The position numbers and the translations under genes were made by a program. The notes beneath the pieces were generated by a model, which ran no database searches, was not told where the DNA came from, and saw nothing but the letters and a program-made list of their open reading frames with translations. A stretch of 64,000 nucleotides of DNA from Proteobacteria bacterium UBA2136 (GTDB taxonomy: Bacteria; Pseudomonadota; Alphaproteobacteria; UBA2136). Location of the stretch: contig DCXM01000006.1 of the NCBI GenBank assembly GCA_002328405.1, positions 18,873 through 82,872 on the forward strand, in the 5' to 3' direction. Shown one piece after another: positions 46,957-58,118 of this stretch (the stretch's first letter is position 1; every line of letters starts with the position of its first letter).

Positions 46957-48918
46957 TTAGTTTTCAATGTACGTTTTCAATGTACGTGCACGGGTTGGGT
47001 GACGCAATTTTTTCAAAGCTTTCGCTTCAATTTGACGGATACGCTCACGCGTTACGTTAAATTGCTGACCCACTTCTTCCAATGTGTGATCAGAAGACAT
47101 ACCAATACCAAAGCGCATACGTAACACACGTTCTTCACGCGGTGTCAGCGTTGCCAATGTTTTGGTTGTGCTGTCACGCAAGTTCTTTTGCAAGGCTGCA
47201 TCAATTGGCAACACAGCGTTGGTGTCTTCAATAAAGTCACCAAGGTTCGAGTCATCTTCATCACCCACTGGTGTTTCCAGAGAAATCGGTTCTTTGGCAA
47301 TTTTTTGCACTTTACGCACTTTTTCCACCGGCATTTGCAACACTTCTGAAAGCTCTTCAACAGTTGGCTCACGACCAAGGTCATTCATCATTTGACGCTG
47401 CGTACGGGCCATTTTGTTGATTGTCTCAATCATGTGCACAGGAATACGAATGGTACGTGCCTGATCCGCGATAGAGCGGGTAATCGCCTGACGGATCCAC
47501 CATGTTGCATAGGTTGAGAACTTGTAACCACGGCGGTATTCAAATTTATCCACCGCTTTCATCAAGCCAATGTTACCTTCTTGAATAAGATCCAAGAACT
47601 GCAAACCACGGTTAACATATTTCTTCGCAATGGAGATTACCAAACGCAAGTTTGCTTCAACCATTTCCTTCTTCGCAACAGAAGCTTCACGCTCCCCTTT
47701 ACGTAGCATTGCCACCAAGCGTTTGAAACCTTCAACGCTTAAGAACACTTCATCAACACGGGCTTGTACAAATTCAGCGGTTTCTTGAACATCGTTCAAG
47801 TGGTTGGCGTAAAACGCTTTCCACGCTGTGTTTTTCGCTTTAACAGCTTCCACCCAAGTGGCGTCACCTTCTTTGCCAATGTAAGCCGCCAAGTATTCCT
47901 TACGGTCCACACCGCAAGCCACAGCCTGACGCATCAAAGCACCTTCAGTTTTGGTCAACGCGCGAGAGGTTTCGTAAAACTTGTTCACAAGTTTTTCAGT
48001 TGTTGGGTTAGAAAGTGGCACTTCCATCATCAAGTCGTGCAGTTTCTTCCAAATTTTCTTCTCTTTGGTTTCAAGCTTTTTGTCGTCCTTTGTTTGACGC
48101 TCGGCAATCACCTTCTTCACATCTGCAAAGTTCTTTTCAATGTCGGTGAACAGTTCTGTCATACGTGGCATCAACAGCTCTTCCATTTCTGCAAGAGAGT
48201 AGTGCTCGTCTTCTTCAGACTCTTCATCTTCTTCGTCCGCTTCGTCAGAGGCATCATCCGCTTTCGCTTCTTTAGACTCATCAGATTTTTCTTCAGTCGA
48301 TGTAGACTCATCAGACTTATCTGCCGCTGCCAACTCTTCCTCTTCGTCCATTTCATCATCAGATGGGCCACCCATCGCGATATTGAGGTCAATCAGCTCA
48401 CGCAGGTATTTTTCGCCTGTCATCACGCCAGACCACATGCCCAAAATGGTTTCGAATGTGTAAGGTGTGCCAAACAGACCTTCGTTCATCACTTCTTTAC
48501 CGGACTCAATACGCTTGGCAATCGCCACCTCTTGCTCACGGGTTAGAAGCTCAACGTTACCCATCTCACGCAGGTACATACGCACAGGGTCATCGGTACG
48601 ACCGTACTCATCAGATGCGGTACGCTTTTTAGCCGCTTTGTCAGCCTTGGCACCAAAGAAGTCTGGGTGCTCGTTCATTTCAGAAGACATGGTCGGCGCA
48701 GAGACATCTTCATCCGCAGTGCGACCAGCCAGTGAAGGACGACCCAAAGTGGAAGTGACATCATCAGAGTCATCATTCACGTCGTCTTCAAATTCAACTG
48801 TGTCGTCGCTGTCCACTTCATCCGTTGCAAAACGGTTGACAACATTTTTAGAAACACCTTCCGTCACAGCTGTTTGCTCTTGGGTTTTTGTTTCCATTTC
48901 AGACGTTACATTAGCCAT
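46957..48918 (-). CDS. rpoD: RNA polymerase primary sigma factor RpoD
   Basis: [79 protein letters not shown]; start set at MANVTS. Confidence 0.98.
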   Translation of the reverse strand: MANVTSEMETKTQEQTAVTEGVSKNVVNRFATDEVDSDDTVEFEDDVNDDSDDVTSTLGRPSLAGRTADEDVSAPTMSSEMNEHPDFFGAKADKAAKKRTASDEYGRTDDPVRMYLREMGNVELLTREQEVAIAKRIESGKEVMNEGLFGTPYTFETILGMWSGVMTGEKYLRELIDLNIAMGGPSDDEMDEEEELAAADKSDESTSTEEKSDESKEAKADDASDEADEEDEESEEDEHYSLAEMEELLMPRMTELFTDIEKNFADVKKVIAERQTKDDKKLETKEKKIWKKLHDLMMEVPLSNPTTEKLVNKFYETSRALTKTEGALMRQAVACGVDRKEYLAAYIGKEGDATWVEAVKAKNTAWKAFYANHLNDVQETAEFVQARVDEVFLSVEGFKRLVAMLRKGEREASVAKKEMVEANLRLVISIAKKYVNRGLQFLDLIQEGNIGLMKAVDKFEYRRGYKFSTYATWWIRQAITRSIADQARTIRIPVHMIETINKMARTQRQMMNDLGREPTVEELSEVLQMPVEKVRKVQKIAKEPISLETPVGDEDDSNLGDFIEDTNAVLPIDAALQKNLRDSTTKTLATLTPREERVLRMRFGIGMSSDHTLEEVGQQFNVTRERIRQIEAKALKKLRHPTRARTLKTYIEN

Positions 48919-49012
48919 TGTCTTTATGTCCTTCACTTTTATGTGTTTAACATTCTTTACTTTTACAAAACAAACAGTCAAAAGCTTGCTCTGCTTTGTA
49001 AAAAGCAACTCT

Positions 49013-50752
49013 TTATTTTAATCTGTGTTTGCGCGCCGCTTTAATTTGCTCCCAAGCGGTGCTTGCAGTGTCGGCGTCAAAAACGTCGCCAACATCTACT
49101 TTTTCGTGCTTGGCCTTTTTTAAGGCGTTTGCACGTTCAAGGTCTTCATATACCTTGAGCCATAAGGCTTCCAATTCGTCATCTTCCGTGCGGGCCACCA
49201 GCTCGGAACTTAAAAGTTCCTTCATTTTATTTAACATGCCCGTACTAGCGAAATAAGACTCCAGAGAATCCTTTTCAAGTCCTCCACTTAAAAAAAGTTT
49301 GAAGAGCACTTTTTTAAATGATTCCAAGTCAGGGTCTTGCACCTGCACATGGGAAACCTTTTCATAAAACGTTTCAAACAGTTCCACTTTGCGGAACAGA
49401 ATAGAAAGCAAAATGTGTGCCTGTTTATCCTCCGGCAAAATATTTTTTTGCTGACCCGCTTTAACCACCCTTGCCACCTGCGGTGCTTGATGGCCTTTTT
49501 GCCAAAGCCTGTCCTTCAAAGCGCGGCTGTAATGGCGGCGGATTGTTTCATGGCTGGCTTGGTTCATCAGTTCATCAATTTCATTTTCAATGGCGGCACG
49601 ACCATCACCCGAGCTGACATCACGGCCTTGGGTCATGTCCTGCCACAGCACTTCTTCTAAGGTGGAAGGTTTGCTTAAAAGCGCTTCAAACTTTTCCTTA
49701 CCGTGGTTTTGAACAAAACTGTCTGGGTCTTCGCCGTCCGGCATCCACACAAACTGCAATGTTTTGCCCGGCTCTAAGACTGACAAAATGCGTTTGGCAA
49801 TCCGCACCGCAGCACCGCGTCCTGCACGGTCACCATCCAAGCAAACAATGGGGGACTCATAAAATCGCCACAGCAACCGCACCTGATCTTCGGTGATCGC
49901 GGTACCCATGGGTGCCACAGCGGTTTTAATACCTTGCTGCCATAGGCCAATAACATCCATATAACCTTCCACCACCAAAGCCTGATTTTCCTTACGGATA
50001 AATTCCCGGGCACGGTTGAGGTTATAAAGCATGTAACGCTTGTTAAAAAACTTGGTTTCAGATGAGTTAAGGTACTTCGGGTCATCGTCATCGTTTAAAA
50101 CACGGCCACCAAAGGCCACCACCTTGCCGTCCACACTTTCGATGGGGAACATCGCACGGTTGCGAAAACGGTCAAACAGGGACTTTTTCTTTTCACTGAT
50201 CGACGCCACATTGGCTTTAACCAAAATATCCTTCGAAAAACCAGCCTGCATCAGATGATCTGTCAAGGCAGACCATTCATCCACCGCCAAGCCAAGGCGG
50301 AAGTCCTCAATGGTTTGCGGGCTTAAACCACGCTTTTCAAAATAATTTTCCGCCGCATTTTTTAAATTGGATTGATAAAAAGCCGCCGTCTTTTCCAAAA
50401 CGTCATAACCGTCTTGGCGCAGTTTTTGTTCCCTTTCGTCATAGGCTTCAAACTTCACATCCACGCCAGCCATTTCACCCAAATAAACCACCGCATCCAC
50501 AAAGGTGCCGCCACGCACTTCTTTGACAAAGTCAAAAACATTGCCATGCGCACCACAGCCAAAGCAGTGGTAATAACCCTTGTTTTCGTGAATGTGGAAA
50601 GATGGTGTTTTTTCATGATGAAAGGGGCAACAGGCCCACCAGTCACGACCCTTTTTCTTCATGCCTTGCGCATGCTTAGACACCACATCGTACAAAGAAA
50701 CTCTTTGACGAATTTGTTCTAAAACTTCAGGAGAAAAACGACCCGCTGACAT
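49013..50752 (-). CDS. dnaG: DNA primase
   Basis: [16 protein letters not shown] zinc finger, [32 protein letters not shown]. Confidence 0.98.
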   Translation of the reverse strand: MSAGRFSPEVLEQIRQRVSLYDVVSKHAQGMKKKGRDWWACCPFHHEKTPSFHIHENKGYYHCFGCGAHGNVFDFVKEVRGGTFVDAVVYLGEMAGVDVKFEAYDEREQKLRQDGYDVLEKTAAFYQSNLKNAAENYFEKRGLSPQTIEDFRLGLAVDEWSALTDHLMQAGFSKDILVKANVASISEKKKSLFDRFRNRAMFPIESVDGKVVAFGGRVLNDDDDPKYLNSSETKFFNKRYMLYNLNRAREFIRKENQALVVEGYMDVIGLWQQGIKTAVAPMGTAITEDQVRLLWRFYESPIVCLDGDRAGRGAAVRIAKRILSVLEPGKTLQFVWMPDGEDPDSFVQNHGKEKFEALLSKPSTLEEVLWQDMTQGRDVSSGDGRAAIENEIDELMNQASHETIRRHYSRALKDRLWQKGHQAPQVARVVKAGQQKNILPEDKQAHILLSILFRKVELFETFYEKVSHVQVQDPDLESFKKVLFKLFLSGGLEKDSLESYFASTGMLNKMKELLSSELVARTEDDELEALWLKVYEDLERANALKKAKHEKVDVGDVFDADTASTAWEQIKAARKHRLK

Positions 50753-51153
50753 ACACCCTCACATTTTTTCAAAAAATTGATACAGACAGAGGACGGACAC
50801 CACTTTTATTTAAACTGGACACCAAAAGAAAGCGCCAGCCAACAAGAGAAGTGATATAAATCCATCACCGCCTTGTGTAATTATACACATTGATAATGAA
50901 TTTTCACACCTTTTGCAAGACTGTTGTGCATATAAACGCTATAAAAATTGCCCCTCGGATATCATTCAACTGACAATTACACCTTTAAATGGGTAAAAAC
51001 CCTTTAAAACCAACAACAAAAAGTTTGATGCTCAATTTTTAAGCAGCTGCGATTGATAAGTGTTGCAAAGCCATTTCGAAAGGCGTAAATTTCCCCCTCA
51101 CGTTTCGGCAACCATGCCAAAACAAGAAACAATTTAGATAAGAGGACAACCCA

Positions 51154-51636
51154 ATGGACAAAGTTCCAATGACAACATACGGCTACGCTAAGATGGAAAA
51201 AGAGCTCCACCACCGCACACGCACGTTGCGTCCTCAAATCATTGACGACATTGAAGAGGCACGTGCCCACGGCGACTTGAGCGAGAACGCTGAATACCAC
51301 GCCGCCAAGGAACGCCAAGCCATCAACGAAGGGATGATTAAAAACCTTGAAAGCAAACTTTCTCGCGCTGACGTGGTTGACCCGAAAAAGATGTCTGGCA
51401 AAAAAATTATGATGAGCGCAACGGTTAAAGTTGTTGACGAAGATGACAAGGAGTCCACCTACATTTTGGTTGGACCAGAAGAAGCTGACCTTGAAAAAGG
51501 CTTAATCAGCATTTCTTCTCCACTAGGACGCGCGATGATCGGCAAAGAGGAGGAAGATGAATTTACATTCAACGCTCCAGGCGGATCGCGCACATACGAG
51601 GTTCTTGAGGTTAATTACCAAGAAATCAATGTGTGA
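51154..51636 (+). CDS. greA: Transcription elongation factor GreA
   Basis: ARAHGDLSENAEYHAAKE, ISISSPLGRAMIGK; promoter-like TTGCAA-N17-TAAATT upstream. Confidence 0.97.
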   Translation: MDKVPMTTYGYAKMEKELHHRTRTLRPQIIDDIEEARAHGDLSENAEYHAAKERQAINEGMIKNLESKLSRADVVDPKKMSGKKIMMSATVKVVDEDDKESTYILVGPEEADLEKGLISISSPLGRAMIGKEEEDEFTFNAPGGSRTYEVLEVNYQEINV

Positions 51637-51681
51637 CCAACATTGATCACTGATTAATTTCATTGAACAACTCTCTTATTT

Positions 51682-51710
51682 CCCCTCAACAATGTTGAGG
51701 GGTTTTATTT
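51682..51710 (+). terminator. Terminator after greA
   Basis: CCCCTCAAC-aat-GTTGAGGGG-TTTTATTT. Confidence 0.8.
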
Positions 51711-51801
51711 TGCCCACAATCCAACAAAGCAAATCCAAAGCTCAAGCCAACAAAAAAGGGCGCTTAACGCACCCTTTTAAATTTCAATAGAAGGCTTAAA
51801 G

Positions 51802-52350
51802 CTAGCGCAACCACTCACCAGTCATCACATTGTAAATGCGGGAGCAAGAGCCATTCAAAGCTTGCGGATGCTTCAGCGCAATCGGCCCATATGGAATTTC
51901 ACTTTCATAACGCGCTGGTGGAAACCCTGAGATATTCAAACTGGTGGAAACCAAAGGCCCTTTCCATTTTGCAAGGTATTCATGCATATATTCAGCCGAA
52001 GGAATGCGCACCGCAACCGTGCCACGACCACCTGTCAAAGCGTCTGAAAGGGAGGCTTTTGCTGGTAAAATCAACGTCACCTGCCCAGGCCAATGCGCTT
52101 CCATGGCCTTGCGGATTTCACGGTCATATTTGCCGTGAATGTCCGCCACGCGCATCACATCAAAAATGTTACGGCACAGCACAATTAAACCCTTGTTAGA
52201 AGCACGCTGCTTCAAGGACATAATTTTATAAATCGCACGTTCGTTAAAAGGGTCGCAACAGTAGCCATAAACACCTTCCGCCGGTGCAACAACCACGTCA
52301 CCGCTGACCAATGTCTCACGCCATCTTTCAAGACGGGACGGCTCCCACAC
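51802..52350 (-). CDS. tsaC: L-threonylcarbamoyladenylate synthase (TsaC/YrdC)
   Basis: PAEGVYGYCCDP, LKQR..KGLIVL, WPGQVTLIL, VAVRIP, LVSTSLNISG; GTG start at 52350 with GGAGA RBS. Confidence 0.85.
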   Translation of the reverse strand: MWEPSRLERWRETLVSGDVVVAPAEGVYGYCCDPFNERAIYKIMSLKQRASNKGLIVLCRNIFDVMRVADIHGKYDREIRKAMEAHWPGQVTLILPAKASLSDALTGGRGTVAVRIPSAEYMHEYLAKWKGPLVSTSLNISGFPPARYESEIPYGPIALKHPQALNGSCSRIYNVMTGEWLR

Positions 52351-52804
52351 CCCTCTTCTCCTTGAAAAAGTCCCGAATGAGTCCTTGACATATTCCTTCC
52401 ATAATCCCTCCATAAACTTCGGGTTTGTGGTGGCACGTCTGCTGGTTAAAAATCCGAGCGCCATTGATTGTTCCTCCGCTTTTAACATCATAAGCACCAA
52501 AGTAAATTTCACCCACTTTGGCATGGGCGCAAGCCGTCGCACACATGGCGCAAGGCTCAACAGTTGTGAATAACACATAGTCATTCAAATAAGTTGTTTC
52601 AAGGCTTTGGCATGCTTTTTTAATCACTTCCATTTCAGCGTGCCATGTTGGGTCATTTAAAGCCTTGGTTTTGTTGTGACCCACCGCAATCAAACGCCCC
52701 GATTTTTTATGAAAAAGCGCCGCACCAATAGGCACTTCCCCCGCTGCAAAAGCCTTTTTAGCCTCTTCAATAGCGGTGGCCATGGCCGTTTCAACTTTGA
52801 GCAT
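52328..52804 (-). CDS. tadA: tRNA adenosine deaminase TadA family
   Basis: GEVPIGA, DPTWHAEM, TVEPCAMCA, FGAYDVKSG. Confidence 0.92.
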   Translation of the reverse strand: MLKVETAMATAIEEAKKAFAAGEVPIGAALFHKKSGRLIAVGHNKTKALNDPTWHAEMEVIKKACQSLETTYLNDYVLFTTVEPCAMCATACAHAKVGEIYFGAYDVKSGGTINGARIFNQQTCHHKPEVYGGIMEGICQGLIRDFFKEKRGVGAVPS

Positions 52805-52973
52805 TGCATTTCCCTTAAAACCGTTGCATAGGTTGAGCTTTAACAAAAAACAAAGCTCTATTACATGTTGCACAAAATACACACACCTGTCAACAAATTG
52901 ATTGTATTCAAAGCCAATTTATGCTAGAAAATCATCAGCAACAAACACAACACAAAGGCCTTGCGCAACAAGC

Positions 52974-53708
52974 ATGCAAACAACGGCAAACAAACCCATC
53001 ATCGGCATTCCACTGGGCATGAAGGACAGCACCTTTTCACGCCACCCTCACTATGCCATGGAAGCCCTCTATTTTGAGGCGGTAAGCCAGTGTGGCGGCA
53101 TCCCACAAGCGTTGACCTACCAAGCGGAACATTTCGACCATCACATGGCGAACGTCGACGGTGTCCTGATCCCTGGTGGCTCCTTTGCGTCGCCGACCCA
53201 TTGGTACGAAGAAGAAGTACCAACCCTACCCGAAGCCTCCGCATGGTCGGACTTTTATTTGAAAGTGACAGAACACTGTCTAAGCCACAAAAAGCCCGTA
53301 CTGGGCATTTGCGCTGGGATGCAATTCTTAGCCTGCGTTGCCGGCGGTCAAATGACGGTGGACATTCAGCAAAAAATCACCACAAAAATTGACCATTTAA
53401 ACGGCGCCCCCAAGGAAGAAAACGCCCACCATGTCACCTTATTAAAGGGCAGTAAATTGCACCAAATAACAGGGCTGGAAACCTTTGCCGTCAACAGCGC
53501 CCACCGGGAAGCGGTCACCCAATTAGGCACCAACACAACAGCCAGCGCCCACTGCACCGAAGACGGATGCATCGAAGCGATTGAAGTGGAAGACCACCCC
53601 TTCGCCATCGGCGTTCAATGGCACCCAGAATTTTTTACAAAAGACCAAAACAGCCCACATTACCAACTAATCAAAGCTTTTATCAATGAAACAAGACACA
53701 ACAAATAA
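52974..53708 (+). CDS. Gamma-glutamyl-gamma-aminobutyrate hydrolase family (peptidase C26)
   Basis: KPIIGI, DGVLIPGG, PVLGICAGMQ, VNSAHREAV, GVQWHPE. Confidence 0.9.
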   Translation: MQTTANKPIIGIPLGMKDSTFSRHPHYAMEALYFEAVSQCGGIPQALTYQAEHFDHHMANVDGVLIPGGSFASPTHWYEEEVPTLPEASAWSDFYLKVTEHCLSHKKPVLGICAGMQFLACVAGGQMTVDIQQKITTKIDHLNGAPKEENAHHVTLLKGSKLHQITGLETFAVNSAHREAVTQLGTNTTASAHCTEDGCIEAIEVEDHPFAIGVQWHPEFFTKDQNSPHYQLIKAFINETRHNK

Positions 53709-54441
53709 CGGACAACGCATTGCCAAATTCATCGCCGCGGCGGGCCTATGCTCACGCCGTGAAGCGGAAAGATGGATCGAAAAGGGCTATGTCCAAGTCA
53801 ACGGCAAAACCATTGACTCTCCAGCGCTGAACGTCACCTCGGAAGATGAAATCAAAGTGCGGGGCAACGTCATCACCCAAAAGACTGACTACCCAAGGCT
53901 TTTCAGGCTTCACAAACCCCGTGGTGTTATTTGCACCAACCACGACCCAGAAGGCCGAAAAACCATCTTCGATCTTTTGCCAAAGGGCCTGCCAAGGCTG
54001 ATCAACATTGGCCGGTTAGACCTTGATTCCGAAGGCCTTATTTTACTGACAGACACGCCTAAATTAGCGGAAACTTTAATGAAGCCCAACCCTAAAATTG
54101 AGCGGGTTTATAGCGTGCGGATTGACGGTAATTTAAGCCTAGACCAAATCAAAGCCATTGAAAAAGGCATCAAGCACAAAGGAATTAAATATGCCCCTGC
54201 CAAGGTGGAAGTGCAAGGCGAAGCCACTGGCCGAAACTCGTGGGTGACTCTGACTTTAACCGAAGGAAAAAACCGTGAAATTCGGAACATGATGGAGGCC
54301 CTTGGCCTGCGTGTATCTCGCCTTAAACGCCTTGGATACGGCGGCTTTGAACTGGGCAAACTTCCCAAAGAAATGATCGACGAAGTGCCCACCAAAGTGA
54401 CCAAAGCAATTTTAAAAACCATGGACATTGAAGAACTATGA
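53686..54441 (+). CDS. rRNA pseudouridine synthase (RluB/RsuA family)
   Basis: S4 domain RIAKFIAAAGLCSRREAE, HKPRG, IGRLDLDSEGLILLT, EGKNREIR. Confidence 0.95.
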   Translation: MKQDTTNNGQRIAKFIAAAGLCSRREAERWIEKGYVQVNGKTIDSPALNVTSEDEIKVRGNVITQKTDYPRLFRLHKPRGVICTNHDPEGRKTIFDLLPKGLPRLINIGRLDLDSEGLILLTDTPKLAETLMKPNPKIERVYSVRIDGNLSLDQIKAIEKGIKHKGIKYAPAKVEVQGEATGRNSWVTLTLTEGKNREIRNMMEALGLRVSRLKRLGYGGFELGKLPKEMIDEVPTKVTKAILKTMDIEEL

Positions 54442-54986
54442 GCGTGAAAATTATCAGCGGTTTATACCGTGGCCGAAACCTTGAAACCCCTGAATACAAA
54501 GGCGATGAAAGCCCTGTGCGCCCAACCAAATCACGGGTGCGTGAAGCCGGCTTCAACATGCTGTTTGCCCGCACCGATTTTGCCGACAAACTGTGCCTTG
54601 ATTTGTACTGTGGCAGTGGCGCCGCTGGCATAGAAATCTTGTCCCGAGGTGCAGAAAAAGTGCACTTTGTGGACACCGATATTACATGGGCGAGAAAAAA
54701 CGCCGAGCACTGCAAAATCCCTGCTGAGCAATGGTTAAGCCACCGCTCTGACGTGTTAAATTTCACCACACCCGACACGGTGGACATTGTTTTTGCCGAC
54801 CCCCCATACGGCCAAGGTTTGGCGGAAAAAACACTTGAGCACAAAGAGCAATATGGCCAAACAGGCACCCTGTGGTTGCTGGAAGTGGAAAGCCGACTGG
54901 ACATCGACCCAGAGGCCTTTGGCTTTGACCTTCTTAAAACCAAAAAATACGGCAAAAGCACCCTATATCTGCTAGAACAAAAATAA
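54438..54986 (+). CDS. rsmD: 16S rRNA (G966) methyltransferase RsmD
   Basis: KIISGLYRGRNL, RPTKSRVREAGFN, LDLYCGSGAAGIEILSRGA, FADPPY. Confidence 0.93.
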   Translation: MSVKIISGLYRGRNLETPEYKGDESPVRPTKSRVREAGFNMLFARTDFADKLCLDLYCGSGAAGIEILSRGAEKVHFVDTDITWARKNAEHCKIPAEQWLSHRSDVLNFTTPDTVDIVFADPPYGQGLAEKTLEHKEQYGQTGTLWLLEVESRLDIDPEAFGFDLLKTKKYGKSTLYLLEQK

Positions 54987-55282
54987 CGACCCGCCCCTGG
55001 CCAAAGCGGTGTGCAAAACAGCACACCTAAAAGTTGAAAGTGCAGAATTGAAGCGGAAAAAAGGACGAATTGCTGACGCAAAAAAGCGAATCAATGCGTC
55101 AAAACCCCAACAAAAAACATCAAAATGCGCCATTTTAATAATTAAAAGTTGTAAAAAGTAACTAAAAGCTGGGGAAAAGTGCATCAAATGCGCATCTGAA
55201 TTGCATACAATATTCACAAACAAACACACACCCACGCCTAAAAATTAAAAAAATGTATACAGATTAACCGCAAGAGCTTGCA

Positions 55283-55364
55283 GGTATGAGGTGGTAGGTG
55301 CGAGGCGGTACAAAGCGGGGGCAGGTGCAAGACGGTGCGGATGGGTGCGGTGCGGGTGCGAGGC
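55283..55364 (+). repeat. Degenerate G-rich tandem repeat (unit ~GGTGCGAGGC)
   Basis: Units at 55283, 55297, 55307, 55324, 55334, 55355 plus truncated GGTGC units, beside an AT-rich intergenic region. Confidence 0.7.
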
Positions 55365-55538
55365 CGACATTTTGTAAATCTTGTACTTGCGCTTAAAACC
55401 AAGCCATCACGTACACACTTTTGCCATCACCTGTCAAGGTGTCGGCATTTTGGGTCGCCATGTCCACCACATAAGAGCCGTTCGCAAGCATACAAAAACC
55501 TGCAACAGTAAATACGGCACTGCCGTGCCATTGAACCG

Positions 55539-56282
55539 CTAGGCGTTTGCGGAAGTGCCTACGAAGAGGCGGCGGATGAATTTTTCCAGCCAAGCGTGCA
55601 CCGGCGGTAAATTCTCGGCGGCTTCTTCCAAGGTTTCATGCATTGGCTTGGCGCATTCGGGCAAGGTGCCGGCTTGAATGTCCCGCATGTACCATGCACG
55701 GATAATTTCTTCGGTCACTTCGGGGTGGAACTGCACGCCGTAAACCTTTTCGCCAAACTTTACCCCTTGTTCGTGGTAAAAAGTACCGGTAATCAAGCGG
55801 TCACAACCTTCGCCCAGCTTATAAGTGTCACCATGCCAGCTAAAACCGTTTAAACCCTTCAGCTCGCTGCCAAAAGTTTCATCGGGTTCATGGACATAAA
55901 GGTGGCGGAAGCCCACGCAAAAGCCTTTGTCGCCGGCAAAAACGTCCCCTTCGTGCATTTTGGCCAACAACTGGCAGCCCAAGCAAATACCAAACACGGG
56001 TTTGCCTTGTTGGATCATCTGCTCGACGTAAGTCATTTCCGTTTCCAACCATGGAAAATCTTCGGTTTGATAAGCGCCCATGGGCCCGCCCATCAAAATA
56101 ACACCGTCATAGTCACCCAGCTCGGGGCATTTGTCGCCCTTGCCCAGTTCAAAAGCTTTCCAAGTTAAGCCAGCCTTGGCCAAAGCCGACTGGATGGCAC
56201 CAATGCGCACCGTGGTGCCGTGGCTAAAAATGGCAATATTTTTACTTTGTTGCATCGCTTTTTTAAGTTCTTTAATTTTCAT
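55539..56282 (-). CDS. Type 1 glutamine amidotransferase (GMP synthase-like)
   Basis: DGVILMGGPMGAY..FPWL, GICLGCQLLA, WHGDTY, GVQFHPE. Confidence 0.92.
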   Translation of the reverse strand: MKIKELKKAMQQSKNIAIFSHGTTVRIGAIQSALAKAGLTWKAFELGKGDKCPELGDYDGVILMGGPMGAYQTEDFPWLETEMTYVEQMIQQGKPVFGICLGCQLLAKMHEGDVFAGDKGFCVGFRHLYVHEPDETFGSELKGLNGFSWHGDTYKLGEGCDRLITGTFYHEQGVKFGEKVYGVQFHPEVTEEIIRAWYMRDIQAGTLPECAKPMHETLEEAAENLPPVHAWLEKFIRRLFVGTSANA

Positions 56283-56288
56283 TTTTGG

Positions 56289-58118
56289 TTATCTGCGGCC
56301 GAACAAGCGTTCAATATCCGCCTTTTTAAGTTCAATGTAAGTGGGGCGGCCATGGTTGCACTGGGCGCTGTTGGGTGTGGTTTCCATGTCCCGCAAAATG
56401 GCGTTCATGTCCGCCACCGAAAGTTTGCGGTTGGCACGGATGGAACCGTGACAGGCCATGGTGGATAAAAACTCCTCCACACTTTCTTGCAAGGTGGTTT
56501 CCTTTTTTAAATTGCGGATATCTTCCACCATATCCAGCACCAATTGCTTGGCGTTCACTTCCCCCAGCAGTGCTGGCGTTGCCCGAACAGAAACCGCTTG
56601 CGGGCCAAATTGCTCTACTTCTAAGCCAAAGGCCAAAAGCTCGGATTCTCGCTCCAGCAAGGCATCCACTTCGGATGGTTTAAGCTCGACAATTTCAGGC
56701 AACAACAAGGCCTGACGCTCCACCGAGCCGTTGAGAATTTGCTTTTTAAAACGTTCGTAAACCAAGCGTTCATGGGCGGCATGTTGGTCCACCACAATCA
56801 TACTGCCTTCGGTTTGCGCCACAATGTAAGTGCCGTGAATTTGCGCCACCGCCGCCCCCATGGGGTGGCCTTCAAACTGCTGCATGGACTGTGCCACCGC
56901 AGGTTCTTCTTGTGGAATGTGTGGCATTTCATAACGCATTGGCGTCGCCTCTTCCGCCACGGTGCGTGGTTGGGCGTTTGCGCCATTTTCAAAGCTTGTT
57001 TGTGGCATCGGCGCTGATGCCGCGTGATAATCAAAACGGGGCTGTGCCGGCATTTGTGGCGTAGTGACAAAACGGCGCAACGCTTCGTTAGAAGGCGTGG
57101 TGCTTACCTCGGTGCTGTGTTCATCCAACGCTTGGCGCACACAGGTGCGGATCATCCCAAAAATACTGCGACCGTCCTTAAAGCGGACTTCCGCTTTGGC
57201 TGGGTGCACGTTGACGTCCACCGCTCTTGGGTCCATGTCAATAAACAACACCGCCGCAGGATGACGACCGGTGTGCAACAGGTCATGATAAGCGTTTTTA
57301 AGGGCGCCCATCAACAGTTTGTCCTTCACCGGACGGCCGTTGATGTACATAAATTGTTTGCGTGTGGTGGAAACGTTGTAAGTGGGCAGGCTGACAAAAC
57401 CTTTGATGGCCATGTCGCCGCGGTCCAGCTCCACCCCAATAGCATTATCCACAAAGTCCCGCCCCATAAAGGAGGCCAAGCGTGGCAACATATCGTCCAA
57501 CAGCTCCCCTTGAGCTTGGGCAAAGCGCACCACTTCGTCCCCATCGGAAACCAGCTTAAACATCACCTTTGGGTTGGCCAGCGCTAAGCGCACCACCACG
57601 TCTTGAATGTGTTCCATTTCGGTGCGTTTGGCTTTTAAAAATTTGAGCCTTGCGGGGGTGTTAAAAAACAGGTCCTCCACCACAATGGTGGTGCCATGGT
57701 TGTGGGCCGCCGGTTCAAGGGTGAAGTTTTTACCCCCTTCGCCTTTGTAGACCCATGCATCGTCTTCACCTGCGGCTTTAGAGGTGATGGAAAACCGAGA
57801 AACCGACGCAATGGACGGCAAAGCCTCACCCCGAAAACCAAAGGAGTGGATGTTAAACAGGTCATCCGTTTGTTGAATTTTGGAAGTCGCGTGACGCTCC
57901 AACGCCAAGGGGAGCTGATCCTTTGAAATGCCTTGGCCATTGTCCTTAATGGTTAAGCGTTTGGTGCCAAACTCTTCCACCGCAATGTCCACTTGGGTGG
58001 CACCTGCGTCCAGCGCGTTTTCCACCAGCTCCTTAATGACGGAGGACGGACGCTCCACCACCTCACCGGCGGCAATTTGGTTGGCTAAAAATTCTGGCAA
58101 TACTTGGATCTTTTTCAT
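56289..58118 (-). CDS. mutL: DNA mismatch repair protein MutL
   Basis: NQIAAGEVVERP, GFRGEALPSI, VDVNVHPAKAEVRF, endonuclease motif DQHAAHER, CNHGRPT. Confidence 0.98.
   Translation of the reverse strand: MKKIQVLPEFLANQIAAGEVVERPSSVIKELVENALDAGATQVDIAVEEFGTKRLTIKDNGQGISKDQLPLALERHATSKIQQTDDLFNIHSFGFRGEALPSIASVSRFSITSKAAGEDDAWVYKGEGGKNFTLEPAAHNHGTTIVVEDLFFNTPARLKFLKAKRTEMEHIQDVVVRLALANPKVMFKLVSDGDEVVRFAQAQGELLDDMLPRLASFMGRDFVDNAIGVELDRGDMAIKGFVSLPTYNVSTTRKQFMYINGRPVKDKLLMGALKNAYHDLLHTGRHPAAVLFIDMDPRAVDVNVHPAKAEVRFKDGRSIFGMIRTCVRQALDEHSTEVSTTPSNEALRRFVTTPQMPAQPRFDYHAASAPMPQTSFENGANAQPRTVAEEATPMRYEMPHIPQEEPAVAQSMQQFEGHPMGAAVAQIHGTYIVAQTEGSMIVVDQHAAHERLVYERFKKQILNGSVERQALLLPEIVELKPSEVDALLERESELLAFGLEVEQFGPQAVSVRATPALLGEVNAKQLVLDMVEDIRNLKKETTLQESVEEFLSTMACHGSIRANRKLSVADMNAILRDMETTPNSAQCNHGRPTYIELKKADIERLFGRR

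Noticed and set aside
47492-47503. CGGATCCACCAT identical to the tRNA-Ala 3' end (possible attR)
   Set aside because: Lies inside the invariant TWWIR coding region of rpoD; coincidental 12-mer.
47764-49021. Long antisense ORFs (260 aa, 184 aa) over rpoD, and similar ones over mutL, fliG and the adhesin
   Set aside because: Typical antisense shadows of biased coding sequence; no recognisable protein features.
50891-50906. Fur-box-like TGATAATGAATTTTCA
   Set aside because: Arms are spaced by two bases rather than one, and the flanking genes are unrelated to iron.
52328-52584. Apparent long overlap between tadA and tsaC
   Set aside because: A GTG start at 52350 with a good RBS reduces the overlap to 23 nt.
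55393-55593. Small minus-strand ORFs after the amidotransferase, including a 34-aa Cys-rich peptide (MARQCRIYCC...)
   Set aside because: No RBS, no recognisable family, no nearby modification enzymes.
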